Made by a program: the position numbers and the translations under genes. A stretch of 63,990 nucleotides of DNA, counting the filler. It is 7 parts of 7 records of this genome, joined end to end, with 100 filler letters (N's around TTAATTAATTAA, not from the genome) between each part and the next. Parts side by side here need not be neighbours in the genome. Positions count along the whole stretch, not along the records: positions 23,417 to 30,288 come from SRR20825010_1435; positions 30,389 to 47,807 come from SRR20825010_1441; 5 more parts are not named here. The stretch is one strand, 5' to 3'. Shown piece by piece: positions 28,692 to 39,500 of this stretch. How positions within the stretch are numbered: position 1 is the first letter of the stretch; each line of letters begins with the position of its first letter. The notes beneath the pieces are model-generated. The model saw only the letters and a program-made list of their open reading frames with translations, did no database searches and was not told where the DNA came from.

Positions 28692-30288
28692 TTATTGAAC
28701 TTTTACTCCACCTGAACGCTTACGCTCGGTTTCTTTCAATAAGATTTTACGCATTCTTAAGCTTTCTGGTGTAACCTCAACGTATTCATCGCCTTGGATG
28801 TACTCCAAACACTCTTCCAAGCTAAATTGCTTTGGTGGAGCTAATTTTACTTTATCATCAGCACCTGATGAACGCATATTAGACATTTTCTTAGTCTTCG
28901 TTACGTTCACTACGAGGTCATTTGCACGGCTATTTTCACCGATTACTTGTCCTTCGTAGATGCTTTCACCTGGAGCGATAAAGAATTTCCCTCTTTCTTG
29001 AAGATTATTCAACGAGAAAGGAATAGAAGTTCCTAATTCCATAGAGATCATTGAACCGTTCAAACGTCCAGGAATTTCTCCTCTGTACGGTTGATATTCA
29101 AGGAAACGGTGCGTCATAATTGCTTCACCTGCAGTTGCTGTAAGCAAATAATTACGAAGACCGATAATTCCACGTGAAGGAATCAAGAATTGAATGATCA
29201 TACGGTCTCCTTTCGGTTCCATATTCGTCATCTCTCCTTTTCGTTTTGTAACTGCTTCAACCGCTGTTCCGCTGTTCACCTCTGGTAAGTCGATCGTCAA
29301 TTCTTCAATTGGCTCACATTTCTTTCCATCGATTTCTTTGTACAACACTTGTGGCTGTCCAACTTGCAATTCGTATCCTTCGCGACGCATTGTCTCGATC
29401 AATACTGACAAGTGCATTACTCCACGACCGTGAACCATCCACTTATCTGCTTTGTCCGTTTTGTGAACGCGCATCGCTAAGTTTTTCTCCAATTCTTTGT
29501 CCAATCTCTCAGAGATATGACGTGAAGTCACAAATTTACCTTCCTTTCCGAAGAATGGTGAATCGTTGATAGAAAACAACATACTCATTGTTGGCTCATC
29601 GATATCGATTGTTTCCAATGGATCTGGCGTTTCTGCATCACATACACAATCACCGATTTCGAAACCTTCGATTCCTGTGATCGCACAAATGTCACCTGCC
29701 TGAACAGTTTCCACTTTTCTACGCTCAATTCCGTCGAAAACAAACACATCTTTGATTCTGTGTTTTTGCAGACTTCCATCTCTTTTAGAAAGGATGATCG
29801 GCATGTTTTCTCTGATTTCTCCACGGTTCAAACGACCAATTGCGATTCGTCCAACGTATGTTGAAAAATCTAATGAAGTAATCAACATTTGTGTATTTCC
29901 TTCCGCGATTGTTTTTGGTGGGAAATAGTCTAAGATTTGATCAAGTAATGGAGTAATTGAAGTCGTAGGTTGTTTCCAATCCGTTGACATCCATCCATTC
30001 TTTGCAGAACCGTAAATCGTTGGGAATTCCAACTGATCTTCGTTCGCATCCAACTCAAACATCAAGTCGAATACTTTCTCGTGTACTTCTTCCGGAGTAC
30101 AGTTGTCTTTATCGACTTTGTTCACAACTACCAATGGTTTCAATCCGAGTGCCAAAGCTTTCCCGAGAACGAAACGTGTTTGTGGCATTGGTCCTTCGAA
30201 GGCATCCACCAACAAACATACACCATCAGCCATGTTTAATACACGTTCTACTTCACCTCCGAAATCGGCGTGACCAGGAGTGTCAATG
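28692..30288 (-). CDS. typA: Translational GTPase TypA/BipA, 5' truncated
   Basis: IDTPGHADFGGEVERVL, GPMPQTRFV, NKVD, LIETMRREGYE, VEVTP. Confidence 0.97.
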
Positions 30289-30388
30289 NNNNNNNNNNNN
30301 NNNNNNNNNNNNNNNNNNNNNNNNNNNNNNNNTTAATTAATTAANNNNNNNNNNNNNNNNNNNNNNNNNNNNNNNNNNNNNNNNNNNN
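30289..30388. other. Artificial contig spacer
   Basis: 44 N + TTAATTAATTAA + 44 N. Confidence 0.98.
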
Positions 30389-30652
30389 AATCACCACACC
30401 CATGCCGTGATCGATAAAGAAACGACGGCCAATTTTGGCACCGGGGTGAATTTCAATACCAGTAAGCCAGCGCGAAAACGTGGATAGCAGCCGCGCAAGT
30501 TGCTTGAAATTACGCGTCCATAACCCATGCGCCAACCGATGAAAAAGCACCGCGTGCAAACCGGGATAGTTGAGCAACACTTCCAGCGTATTGCGGGCCG
30601 CCGGGTCCCGGTGAAAGACCGACCGGATGTCCTCGCGCACTTGATCAAACAT
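30389..30652 (-). CDS. cysE: Serine O-acetyltransferase, 3' truncated
   Basis: RDPAARN...YPGLHA...[25 protein letters not shown]. Confidence 0.95.
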
Positions 30653-30723
30653 AACTACCTCAACTTCGAAGCCTTGGGCCTGGGCCCGTTAGGATGACGC
30701 CAACAACCGTTTGTTACGGCGCA

Positions 30724-31506
30724 TCAGCCATCATCTCGCGGCATTTTTTTCTCCAACGCCACCAATACGCCCCGCAAAATGCTCATTTCCATTTTGTCCG
30801 GTCGGGCGCGCATAAACAAACGGCGCATGCGTGTCATCACCTGCCCGGGCTGTTCCGGATTGAGGAATCCACTCTGTGCCATCACCTTTTCCAGATGGTC
30901 CAGAAAACCCGATACCGCTTCGTTGGTGGCCGGCGGCTCATCCCAGAACATTTCCGGCAACGGCATGACCTCGCGACGGGAACGGGATTCCTGCAGCTCA
31001 AAGTCGTCCCCCAGCAACGCCAGGCGCAGCTCGTAGCTGATTAATTGGACCGCCGACGCCACATTCAAGACCCCATACTCGGGGTTGGTGGGCACGCTCA
31101 CATGAAGATTGCAGCGGCGTAGCTCGTCGTTGGTCAGGCCCCGATCTTCACGACCGAACAACACCGCGATGCGAGTATCCTGCGGTGCATTGGCTAAATC
31201 GTGAGACAGCTGTGCAGCCAGCTGGCGTGGTGTCAGGCAAGGCCACGGGATACGCCGCTGACGGGCGCTGGTGCCAATCACCAGGGTGGCGCCTTCCAGG
31301 GCCTCGTCCACGCTATTGCATACCTGTGCAGCCTCCAGCACATCGCCGGCACCAGAGGCGCGCGCCGTCGCCTCCACACTGGGGTAGGCCTGCGGCTGCA
31401 CCAGACGCAGATCCGATAGGCCCATGGTTTTCATGGCCCGGGCAGCCGCGCCGATATTGCCGGGGTGGGAGGTTTCCACCATCACAATGCGCACATTTTC
31501 CAACAT
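30724..31506 (-). CDS. trmJ: tRNA (cytidine/uridine-2'-O)-methyltransferase TrmJ
   Basis: TSHPGNIGAAARAMKTMG, FGREDRGLTNDEL, LNVASAVQ; suhB-trmJ-cysE synteny. Confidence 0.92.
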   Translation of the reverse strand: MLENVRIVMVETSHPGNIGAAARAMKTMGLSDLRLVQPQAYPSVEATARASGAGDVLEAAQVCNSVDEALEGATLVIGTSARQRRIPWPCLTPRQLAAQLSHDLANAPQDTRIAVLFGREDRGLTNDELRRCNLHVSVPTNPEYGVLNVASAVQLISYELRLALLGDDFELQESRSRREVMPLPEMFWDEPPATNEAVSGFLDHLEKVMAQSGFLNPEQPGQVMTRMRRLFMRARPDKMEMSILRGVLVALEKKMPRDDG

Positions 31507-31665
31507 GGGAGGCCTCTCATTAAAAAAGGCGCTAATCTTAACACGGCGGCTGCCCTGATCGCGCGGGCTCTGCTACAATCCGCGCCCCGGAACGGGAACC
31601 CCGCGTTTCCCCGCCCCGCGCTCTTTAACACCGTTACGCCACACGTCATATTGAGGATAGATGCC

Positions 31666-32484
31666 ATGCATGCGCCGCAAGTGAATATCGCCCTGCGAGC
31701 CGCCCGTCAGGCGGGAAATCTGATTCGCAGAGCTGCTGAAAGCAGTGATCCCGTGTCTGTCACGAAAAAGGGCATGAACGACTTCGTCACCGAAGTGGAT
31801 CGCGCTGCGGAAGCGCGCATCATCGATGTGATTCGCAAGGCCTACCCGGACCACAGCATTCTAGCTGAGGAATCCGGTGTTATCGAAGGCAGTGGCGACG
31901 GTAAAGACTGCCAGTGGATTATCGACCCATTGGACGGCACTACCAACTTCATCCATGGTTTCCCCCAGTACTGCATCTCCATTGCCCTCAAATTCAAAGG
32001 CAAAATCGAGCATGCAGTCATTTACGATCCCAACCGCGACGAAGAATTCACCGCCAGCCGTGGCCGTGGCGCCGCCCTCAATGGCCGCCGTATTCGCTGC
32101 ACCAACCGAGCAGGTCTGGATGGCTGTCTGATTGGCACCGGCTTCCCTTTCCGCAAGGACCAGGCCCCACACATGGACGCCTATCTGGGTATGTTCGCCG
32201 ATATCGCCGCGTCCACCGCCGGCCTGCGCCGTCCCGGCTCTGCTGCCCTGGACCTGGCCTGGCTGGCCGCCGGACGGCTGGACGGCTTCTTTGAATTCGG
32301 CCTGGCAGAATGGGACATGGCCGCAGGCGTACTGCTAATTACCGAAGCTGGCGGCCTGGTTGGCGACCTGAGCGGTGGCCACAAGTACCTGGAAAGCGGC
32401 GGTATCGTAGCCGGCAGCCCGAAAGTCTTTAAGGGCTTGCTGCAAAAAATCAAACCTCACCTGAATGATAAACTGAAACGCTAA
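31666..32484 (+). CDS. suhB: Inositol monophosphatase / Nus factor SuhB
   Basis: DFVTEVD, WIIDPLDGTTNF, GSAALDL, WDMAAG; GAGG RBS upstream of ATG 31666. Confidence 0.95.
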   Translation: MHAPQVNIALRAARQAGNLIRRAAESSDPVSVTKKGMNDFVTEVDRAAEARIIDVIRKAYPDHSILAEESGVIEGSGDGKDCQWIIDPLDGTTNFIHGFPQYCISIALKFKGKIEHAVIYDPNRDEEFTASRGRGAALNGRRIRCTNRAGLDGCLIGTGFPFRKDQAPHMDAYLGMFADIAASTAGLRRPGSAALDLAWLAAGRLDGFFEFGLAEWDMAAGVLLITEAGGLVGDLSGGHKYLESGGIVAGSPKVFKGLLQKIKPHLNDKLKR

Positions 32485-32508
32485 ACACCCGCCCCGCCTT
32501 GCTTTGCG

Positions 32509-32538
32509 CCCTTTCCTCCTCAGCGGGGAAAGGGTTTT
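32509..32538 (+). terminator. Intrinsic terminator after suhB
   Basis: CCCTTTCCTC-loop-GGGGAAAGGG-TTTT. Confidence 0.65.
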
Positions 32539-32669
32539 CCTTACCTTATTTCCCGCCCTGTTTTGTAAAAACTCCTTAGACTTCAATACGAAAGTGCTGC
32601 CTGTGGCATGGACATCTCGGCACGCTTTGCTAGCGTGTCAGGTATAACGGTTCAGCAAGGAGACGCTTC

Positions 32670-34127
32670 ATGGCAACGGTTTCTCTCACGGACAACGCCC
32701 TGTTCCGCCAACAGTGCTACATCAATGGCCAGTGGTGTGATGCTGACGACGGCGCCACTTTTACGGTCGATAACCCGGCCAACGGCGAAGACATCGGTAC
32801 CTCCCCCCGCATGGGCGAGGCCGAGACCCGCCGCGCCATCGACGCCGCCCATCAGGCGTTCCCCGGCTGGCGCGACAAGACCGCCGCCGAACGCGCCAAC
32901 CTGCTGATGGCCTGGCACGACCTGATGATGGAGCACCAGGAAGATCTGGGGCGCCTGATGACCCTGGAGCAAGGCAAACCCCTCCCTGAAGCCAAAGGGG
33001 AAATCGCCTATTCAGCGTCTTTCCTGAAATGGTTTGCGGAAGAAGCGCGCCGGGCCTATGGCGACACCATTCCCGCTTCCAAACCCGGCCAGCAGATCGT
33101 GGTGATCAAGCAGCCCATCGGGGTCACCGCCGCGATCACGCCCTGGAACTTTCCCTCCTCGATGATTACCCGTAAAGCCGGGGCGGCATTGGCCGCAGGC
33201 TGCACCATGGTAGTCAAACCCGCCAGCGCCACCCCGTATTCCGCTCTGGCACTGGCTGAGCTGGCAGAGCGGGCCGGGATTCCCGCCGGTGTTTTCAACG
33301 TGATCACCGGCAGTGCCGGAGCTATTTCCACCGCGATTACCGACTCCCCTGTCGTCCGCAAGCTGAGCTTCACCGGCTCCACCGAAGTGGGCAGCCAGCT
33401 GATGGCCCAGTGCGCCAAACACATTCAGAAAGTCTCACTGGAGCTGGGTGGCAATGCCCCCTTCCTGGTGTTCGACGACGCCAACCTGGATAAAGCCGTG
33501 GAAGGCGCCATGGCCAGCAAATTTCGCAATACGGGCCAAACCTGCGTCTGTGTGAACCGTTTCCTGGTACAGGAAAGCATCCACGATGCCTTTGTGGAGA
33601 AATTCAAGGTCGCCATTGAAGCCATGAAAGTGGGCGATGGCTTTGACGAAGGCGTGTCCCAGGCCGCGCTGATCAACCGGGGCGCCTCCGACAAAGTCAT
33701 GGAACATCTGGAAGATGCATTGGGCAAAGGCGCCCGAGTCATCACCGGCGGCCAGCGCCACGAACGGGGCGGCAGCTTTGTGCAGCCGACATTGATCACC
33801 GACGTCTCCACCGATGCCCAGCTCTGTCAGGACGAAACCTTTGGTCCGCTGGCGGCCATCATTCCCTTTAAAACGGAAGAAGACGCCATCCGCATCGCCA
33901 ACGACACCCCCTATGGGCTGGCAGCGTACTTCTACAGCGACAACATCCACCGCTGCTGGCGCGTGGCAGAAGCACTGGAAAGCGGCATGGTCGGCGTCAA
34001 TGAAGGCCTGATATCCAACGCCACCGCACCGTTTGGCGGGGTCAAGGAATCCGGTCTGGGCCGCGAAGGCTCTCACCAGGGCATGGAAGAATACCTGGAA
34101 ACGAAATACCTGTGCATGGGAAGTTAA
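32670..34127 (+). CDS. gabD: NAD(P)-dependent succinate-semialdehyde dehydrogenase (GabD-like)
   Basis: ITPWNFP, SFTGST, LELGGNAP, KFRNTGQTCVC, ETFGP, PFGGVKESGLGREG. Confidence 0.88.
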   Translation: MATVSLTDNALFRQQCYINGQWCDADDGATFTVDNPANGEDIGTSPRMGEAETRRAIDAAHQAFPGWRDKTAAERANLLMAWHDLMMEHQEDLGRLMTLEQGKPLPEAKGEIAYSASFLKWFAEEARRAYGDTIPASKPGQQIVVIKQPIGVTAAITPWNFPSSMITRKAGAALAAGCTMVVKPASATPYSALALAELAERAGIPAGVFNVITGSAGAISTAITDSPVVRKLSFTGSTEVGSQLMAQCAKHIQKVSLELGGNAPFLVFDDANLDKAVEGAMASKFRNTGQTCVCVNRFLVQESIHDAFVEKFKVAIEAMKVGDGFDEGVSQAALINRGASDKVMEHLEDALGKGARVITGGQRHERGGSFVQPTLITDVSTDAQLCQDETFGPLAAIIPFKTEEDAIRIANDTPYGLAAYFYSDNIHRCWRVAEALESGMVGVNEGLISNATAPFGGVKESGLGREGSHQGMEEYLETKYLCMGS

Positions 34128-34128
34128 G

Positions 34129-34287
34129 ACGCTGCATGCAACACGCTTCACGCAACAACACGAGGCAATGCCTGTAATAACGCATACCCTCGAGCTTCGC
34201 GCATCAACGCGAGCACGCGGAGACAAGACGTGAAGCCAACACCACACGCAAGGCGCGTTGTTGCGTGCAGCGTGGAGCATGCTGCGT
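34129..34287. repeat. Inverted-repeat element built from AYGCnnC heptamers
   Basis: Left arm ACGCTGC ATGCAAC ACGCTTC ACGCAAC; right arm GTTGCGT GCAGCGT GGAGCAT GCTGCGT. Confidence 0.8.
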
Positions 34288-34301
34288 TAAAGGAGTTAAG
34301 G

Positions 34302-35453
34302 ATGACGAAACGGCTAAACATCGCCCTGCTCCCCGGCGACGGCATCGGCCCTGAAGTCATGGCCGTGGCCGAGCAGGCACTGACGCTGCTGATTGACCGC
34401 TTTCAGTTGCCGCTGTCCTACACCTCCTTCCCCTGGCCGTCCCACGCCTGGCATCAACAACACGGGCAGATGATGCCGGATGATGGCGTCGACCAGCTAC
34501 GCGCTTTTGACGCTATTTTGTTGGGGGCACTCGGCGACCCGGGGCCACTGGATGATCCGGACCGTTTTGTGCTGCCCGACAGCATTTCTCTCTCGCCACT
34601 ACTGGCGCTGCGCAAACAACTGGACCTGTGGGCCTGTGAGCGGCCAGCCCGCTGGCAACCCGGCGCGCCCCAATACCTCAGCGATCCACGCGCCAACGAT
34701 GTGGACATGCTGGTGATTCGCGAAAACAGCGAAGGTGAGTACAGCAATCAGGGCGGCCGCCTGCGGGCTGGCACACCCCACGAGGTAGCCACCCAGGTAG
34801 AAGTGTTCACTGCCACCGCCACCGAACGGCTCATTCGCCATGCCTTTGAACGAGCCCGCCAACGGGCCGCCCAGCGCGATCTGCCGCGTCAGTTCAAAGA
34901 CGAAAAAAACGCCCAGGTATGCCTGATCACCAAGCGCAACGCGCAACCTTTCTGGGGCGACCTGTACACCGAAACTTTCCTGCGCCTGGCTCGGGAATAC
35001 CCGGACGTGGATACCCATCATGAACTGGTCGACGCCGCCTGCATGAAATTCGTGCAGTGCCCATGGCGCTTCGATGTGGTGGTGGCCAGCAACCTGCACG
35101 GCGACATTCTCACCGATCTGGCTGCAGTGCTCTGCGGCGGCCCCGGGCTGGCCCCGTCCGCCAACCTGAACCCGGCCGACAGCGACATCCCGGCGTTATT
35201 CGAACCGGTCCACGGCAGTGCCCCGGACATCGCCGGACAAAACCTGGCCGACCCCCGCGCCACCCTGCTCAGCCTCGCCATGACCCTGGAATGGCTCTCC
35301 CCTCACCACCCGGCTCTGAGCAATGCGGCACAACATCTGCATGACACCGTAAAGGCGGACCTGGCGAAAGAAGGAAACACGCCGGCACAGCATTCGCAAA
35401 AGAGTGGCACCCGGGAAACAGGACAACGGCTTTATGCATTGCTGGCCCCGTAG
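34302..35453 (+). CDS. Isocitrate/isopropylmalate/tartrate dehydrogenase family protein
   Basis: LPGDGIGPEV, IRENSEGEY, SNLHGDILTDL, FEPVHGSAPDIAG; AAGGAG RBS. Confidence 0.88.
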   Translation: MTKRLNIALLPGDGIGPEVMAVAEQALTLLIDRFQLPLSYTSFPWPSHAWHQQHGQMMPDDGVDQLRAFDAILLGALGDPGPLDDPDRFVLPDSISLSPLLALRKQLDLWACERPARWQPGAPQYLSDPRANDVDMLVIRENSEGEYSNQGGRLRAGTPHEVATQVEVFTATATERLIRHAFERARQRAAQRDLPRQFKDEKNAQVCLITKRNAQPFWGDLYTETFLRLAREYPDVDTHHELVDAACMKFVQCPWRFDVVVASNLHGDILTDLAAVLCGGPGLAPSANLNPADSDIPALFEPVHGSAPDIAGQNLADPRATLLSLAMTLEWLSPHHPALSNAAQHLHDTVKADLAKEGNTPAQHSQKSGTRETGQRLYALLAP

Positions 35454-35587
35454 CATCAGCCAGTAACGTCAATTCACCAGCGAGGCGTATTCCCACGCCC
35501 CGCGGGCACAGCGCTGCAAAGGTGGGCGACAAAACCAGCCACCCGCAGCAGGCAACGACGGCAATGAGCAATGAGAAAGGAGGCACC

Positions 35588-36835
35588 ATGAGTCATTTGT
35601 CCCCCTTACTGGTACAGTCCAGCGGGATTTGCGCAGAGCGTGGCGAAGGTAGCTGGCTCTATGATGAAAAAGGCAACCGCTGGCTGGACTTCACCTCCGG
35701 CATCGGCGTGACCTCCACCGGCCATTGCCACCCCAAAGTGGTCGCAGCAACCCAGGCCCAGGTGGGCAAACTGGTCCATGCCCAATACGCCACCGTCACC
35801 CACCCCAACATGCTGGCCCTCACCGACCGGCTCTATGAGCACCTGCCCAAGGGGCTTGATGCGGTGGCCTTTTCCAACTCCGGCAGTGAGTCCGTGGAAG
35901 CGGCCATTCGCCTGGCGCGACAGGCCACCGGCCGCACCAACCTCATCGCCTTTCGCGGCGGCTTCCACGGCCGCACCCTGGCCGCCGCCTCGCTAACCAC
36001 CTCTACCAGCAAGGTACGGACTGGTTGGCAGCCGCTCATGGCCGGGGTCAGCATTGCACCATTTCCCCATGCTTACCGCTATAAGCAAGACATGGATCAG
36101 TGTGTCACCGACTGCCTCAACGAGCTGGATCATATCTTCGCCACCGAGTGCAACCCGGCCGACACTGCCGCCATGATCATCGAGCCGGTACAGGGTGAGT
36201 ACGGCTACTACCCTGCCTCTGCCGCCTTCATGAAGGGGCTGCGTGAGCGCTGTGACAAACATGGCATCCTGCTGATTGCCGATGAAATCCAGGCCGGTTT
36301 CGGGCGCACGGGCAAGTTCTGGAGCCACGAACATTTCGATGTAAAACCCGACATCATTGTCACCGCCAAGGGGCTGGCCAGCGGCTACCCGCTCTCCGCC
36401 ATCGCCGCCAGCCGTGACCTGATGACCCATGGCTATCCCGGCTCACAGGGCGGCACCTACGGCGCCAACGCGGTGGCCTGCGCGGCGGCCCTGGCCACAC
36501 TGGACGTCATTGAGGAAGAGCAACTGGTGCCTCGCGCCGACAAGCTCGGCCAGCAGCTGCTCACCCACTTACAGGGCCTGCAAAAGCAGCATGACTGTAT
36601 CGATGAAATTCGCGGCATGGGACTCATGCTGGGCCTGGAAATTGTCAGCGCCCCGCACACTCCCGATGGCGAGCGTGCTGGCAAGCTGCTCAAGCATTGC
36701 GAAAACAACGGCATGCTGATGCTGCGCTGCGGCACTCAGGGGCAAGTGGTACGCTGGTTGCCACCGCTCACCGTCACCGAAGCGGAAATCGAAAAAGCGG
36801 TAGAACTGTTTGATGCCGCACTGAAAGAAACGTGA
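35588..36835 (+). CDS. Class III PLP aminotransferase (4-aminobutyrate aminotransferase-like)
   Basis: DFTSGIGVTSTGHCHP, NSGSESVE, FHGRT, IADEIQAGFGRTG, TAKGLASG; AGGAGG RBS. Confidence 0.9.
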   Translation: MSHLSPLLVQSSGICAERGEGSWLYDEKGNRWLDFTSGIGVTSTGHCHPKVVAATQAQVGKLVHAQYATVTHPNMLALTDRLYEHLPKGLDAVAFSNSGSESVEAAIRLARQATGRTNLIAFRGGFHGRTLAAASLTTSTSKVRTGWQPLMAGVSIAPFPHAYRYKQDMDQCVTDCLNELDHIFATECNPADTAAMIIEPVQGEYGYYPASAAFMKGLRERCDKHGILLIADEIQAGFGRTGKFWSHEHFDVKPDIIVTAKGLASGYPLSAIAASRDLMTHGYPGSQGGTYGANAVACAAALATLDVIEEEQLVPRADKLGQQLLTHLQGLQKQHDCIDEIRGMGLMLGLEIVSAPHTPDGERAGKLLKHCENNGMLMLRCGTQGQVVRWLPPLTVTEAEIEKAVELFDAALKET

Positions 36836-36838
36836 AGA

Positions 36839-36992
36839 CAGCTACAAGCTTCAAGCCACAAGCGACAACGCGGTTGAGCACTGTGCCATCCGAGGAACGT
36901 AGACACCACGCGCCAGGCAAAGGCGCGGCACAGAACCAGGGAAATGTCAGCCCTTTCCCGTGTTGCAGCTTAACGCTTGCGGCTTGTCGCTC
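36839..36992. repeat. Inverted-repeat element built from AAGCnnC heptamers
   Basis: Left arm CAGCTAC AAGCTTC AAGCCAC AAGCGAC AACGCGG; right arm CCGTGTT GCAGCTT AACGCTT GCGGCTT GTCGCTC. Confidence 0.78.
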
Positions 36993-37005
36993 ATAAGGAG
37001 AACCA

Positions 37006-37977
37006 ATGACTGATACCGTTGTTACCGTGCTGCTAGCCGACGATGAACCCGCCCTGCCCGGTCTGGGATCCCTGGACGGCCTGGCCCGGGTTCAGGAAGC
37101 ACGGACACCGGCGCAGTTAAAAAGCGCGCTACCGGAAACCGACATTCTGGTGGTCACCGATTTCCGCACCGGCCTGCTGGAAGAAGTGTGGCCGGATAAC
37201 TGCCCGGTACGCTGGGTCCATGCCACCAGTGCGGGCGTGGATGCGCTGATGATCGATCCGATCAAGCACAGTGACATCGTGGTCACCAATGCCCGCGGTA
37301 TTTTCGATCGCGGCATTGCCGAATATGTACTGGGCGCCTTGCTGATGTTTGCCAAGGACACACTGGGCAACCTGGCACTGAAGGAACAACACCGCTGGCA
37401 ACACCGCGAAACCCGCATGTTGCGCGGCGCCAATGCATTGATCGTGGGCGCCGGCTCTATTGGCCGGGAAGTGGCCACGATACTCAGCGCCATGGGCATG
37501 AACGTAATCGGCACCGCCCGCCATGCGCGCCAGGACAGCGCCTTTGACCGGGTCCACAGGCAACAGGATTTGCCCGCCCTGCTCGGCGACGCGGACTATG
37601 TGGTGATCACCGCACCACTGACACCGGACACCGACGGCCTCTTCGACGCCACCACCTTCCGGCAGATGAAGCCCGGCGCGGCTCTCGTCAACGTGGGGCG
37701 CGGCCCCATCGTGCGCACCGACGCCCTGGTGCAAGCCCTGCAACAGGGCCGGCTGGCTGGCGCGGCTCTGGATGTGTTCGAGGAGGAACCGCTGCCCGCC
37801 AATCACCCATTATGGAATCACCCCAAGGTGATGATCTCGGCCCACATGGCCGGGGACTTCATTGGCTGGCGCCAGGCACTGGGCCAGCAATTTGTCGATA
37901 ACTTCCACCGCTGGCGCCGGGGTCAGCCACTGGACAACCCGGTCAGCAAGGAACACGGCTATGTAACCAACCGGTGA
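37006..37977 (+). CDS. D-2-hydroxyacid dehydrogenase family protein
   Basis: SAGVD, TNARG, GAGSIG, VNVGRG, LDVFEEEPLP, SAHMAG. Confidence 0.9.
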   Translation: MTDTVVTVLLADDEPALPGLGSLDGLARVQEARTPAQLKSALPETDILVVTDFRTGLLEEVWPDNCPVRWVHATSAGVDALMIDPIKHSDIVVTNARGIFDRGIAEYVLGALLMFAKDTLGNLALKEQHRWQHRETRMLRGANALIVGAGSIGREVATILSAMGMNVIGTARHARQDSAFDRVHRQQDLPALLGDADYVVITAPLTPDTDGLFDATTFRQMKPGAALVNVGRGPIVRTDALVQALQQGRLAGAALDVFEEEPLPANHPLWNHPKVMISAHMAGDFIGWRQALGQQFVDNFHRWRRGQPLDNPVSKEHGYVTNR

Positions 37978-38012
37978 GCCCGCCGCGACGGGCCACCCCA
38001 GGAGGATCGTCG

Positions 38013-39419
38013 ATGAGTAAGGAATTACTGACCATGAGCGCTCAGGCGCTGAAAGCCGCTTACCAGACCGGCGCCCTGTCACCTGTGGAGGTGTGTAACA
38101 CCCTGCTGGACCATGTTGAACGTCATGATGAGGCACTCAACGCCTGGTGTCTGATCGACCGTGATACCACCCTGCAATGGGCCCGTGAAGCCGAACAGCG
38201 ATACCAGAACGGCAACGCTAACGGCTTGCTCGATGGCGTGCCGGTGGCAGTCAAAGACGTCTTCCTTACCCCCATGTGGCCCACCCTGAAAGGATCGAAA
38301 ACCATCGATCCCGCCAGCACCCTGGAGAAACGCTCCCCGGCCGTCGCCGCGCTGGAACGCCACGGGTATGTGCCTCTGGGCAAGACCACCACCCCCGAAT
38401 TTGGCTGGAAAGGGATTACCGACAGCCCCCTGTGTGGCCCCACCAACAACCCCTGGGATCCGAGCAAAACCGCCGGGGGCAGCAGTGGTGGCAGCGCGGC
38501 CGCGGTGTCTGCCGGCATGGCGCCCATGGCGCTGGGCACCGATGCGGGCGGCTCCATTCGCATTCCCGCCGGGTTTTGCGGCATCGTCGGCCACAAGCCC
38601 ACGTTCAGCGAAGTCCCCCACTGGCCAGCCAGCCCCTTCGGCACCCTGGCCCACGCCGGGCCCATGACTCGCACCGTGGCCGACGCCGCACTGATGATGA
38701 CTGTCATGAGCGAAGCCGATGCCCGCGACAGCCTGGCCGCGCCACGCCGTGGCATTGATTATGTGGCCGCCCTGCAGCAGCCCATCAAAGGCCTGCGCAT
38801 CGCCCTGAGCACCACCCTGGGTTATGCCGATGTGAATCCGGAAATCGAGAAAGCCACCCGCGAAGCCGCCCGGGTTTTCGAGTCACTGGGCGCCACCGTC
38901 AGTGAAGTCGACCCGGGATTCAGCAACCCGCTGGCCGCCTTCAGCCACCTGTTCTATAGCGGGGCGGCCAATGCCATGCGCGACCTGGGCGAGCGCCAGC
39001 GTAGCCTGATGGACCCAGCCCTGGTCGAAGTGGCCACCAAGGCAGAAAAGCTGAGTATGCTGGATTATCTGGGCGCCATGAACGAGCGCATGGCAGTGAG
39101 CGAGCGCATGGCGGTATTCCATACGAAATACGACTTGCTGATCACCCCCTGCCTGCCCATCGAAGCCTTCGACACCAACCGGGAAGTGCCAGTGGACTGG
39201 CCCAGCACCCGCTGGCCAACGTGGACGCCGTTCACTTATCCCTTCAACCTGACCGGCCAGCCGGCACTGTCTGTGCCGCTGGGACTCAGCAGCAACGGTT
39301 TGCCCATGGCGCTACAAATTGTCGGCGCCCGTTTCGACGATGCCCGGGTACTTGCCGCCGGCCACGCCTTTGAACAGGCCCAGCCGTTTAACCAGTTACC
39401 ACCGATGCTGCACAACTAG
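38013..39419 (+). CDS. Amidase (amidase-signature family)
   Basis: VAVKD, GKTTTPEFG, GGSSGGSAAAV, GTDAGGSIRIPA; GGAGG RBS. Confidence 0.92.
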   Translation: MSKELLTMSAQALKAAYQTGALSPVEVCNTLLDHVERHDEALNAWCLIDRDTTLQWAREAEQRYQNGNANGLLDGVPVAVKDVFLTPMWPTLKGSKTIDPASTLEKRSPAVAALERHGYVPLGKTTTPEFGWKGITDSPLCGPTNNPWDPSKTAGGSSGGSAAAVSAGMAPMALGTDAGGSIRIPAGFCGIVGHKPTFSEVPHWPASPFGTLAHAGPMTRTVADAALMMTVMSEADARDSLAAPRRGIDYVAALQQPIKGLRIALSTTLGYADVNPEIEKATREAARVFESLGATVSEVDPGFSNPLAAFSHLFYSGAANAMRDLGERQRSLMDPALVEVATKAEKLSMLDYLGAMNERMAVSERMAVFHTKYDLLITPCLPIEAFDTNREVPVDWPSTRWPTWTPFTYPFNLTGQPALSVPLGLSSNGLPMALQIVGARFDDARVLAAGHAFEQAQPFNQLPPMLHN

Positions 39420-39500
39420 GCGCTCGGCGGTGCGCACAGGACTATCGCTTAGTGTCAGGCGTCCAGCGCCTGGCATCCGGCCTTTGATAAGGAGCAGATA

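Noticed and set aside
32600-32650. GGCACGCTTTGC upstream of gabD as a sigma54 promoter
   Set aside because: GG-to-GC spacing is 8 nt, not the required 10.
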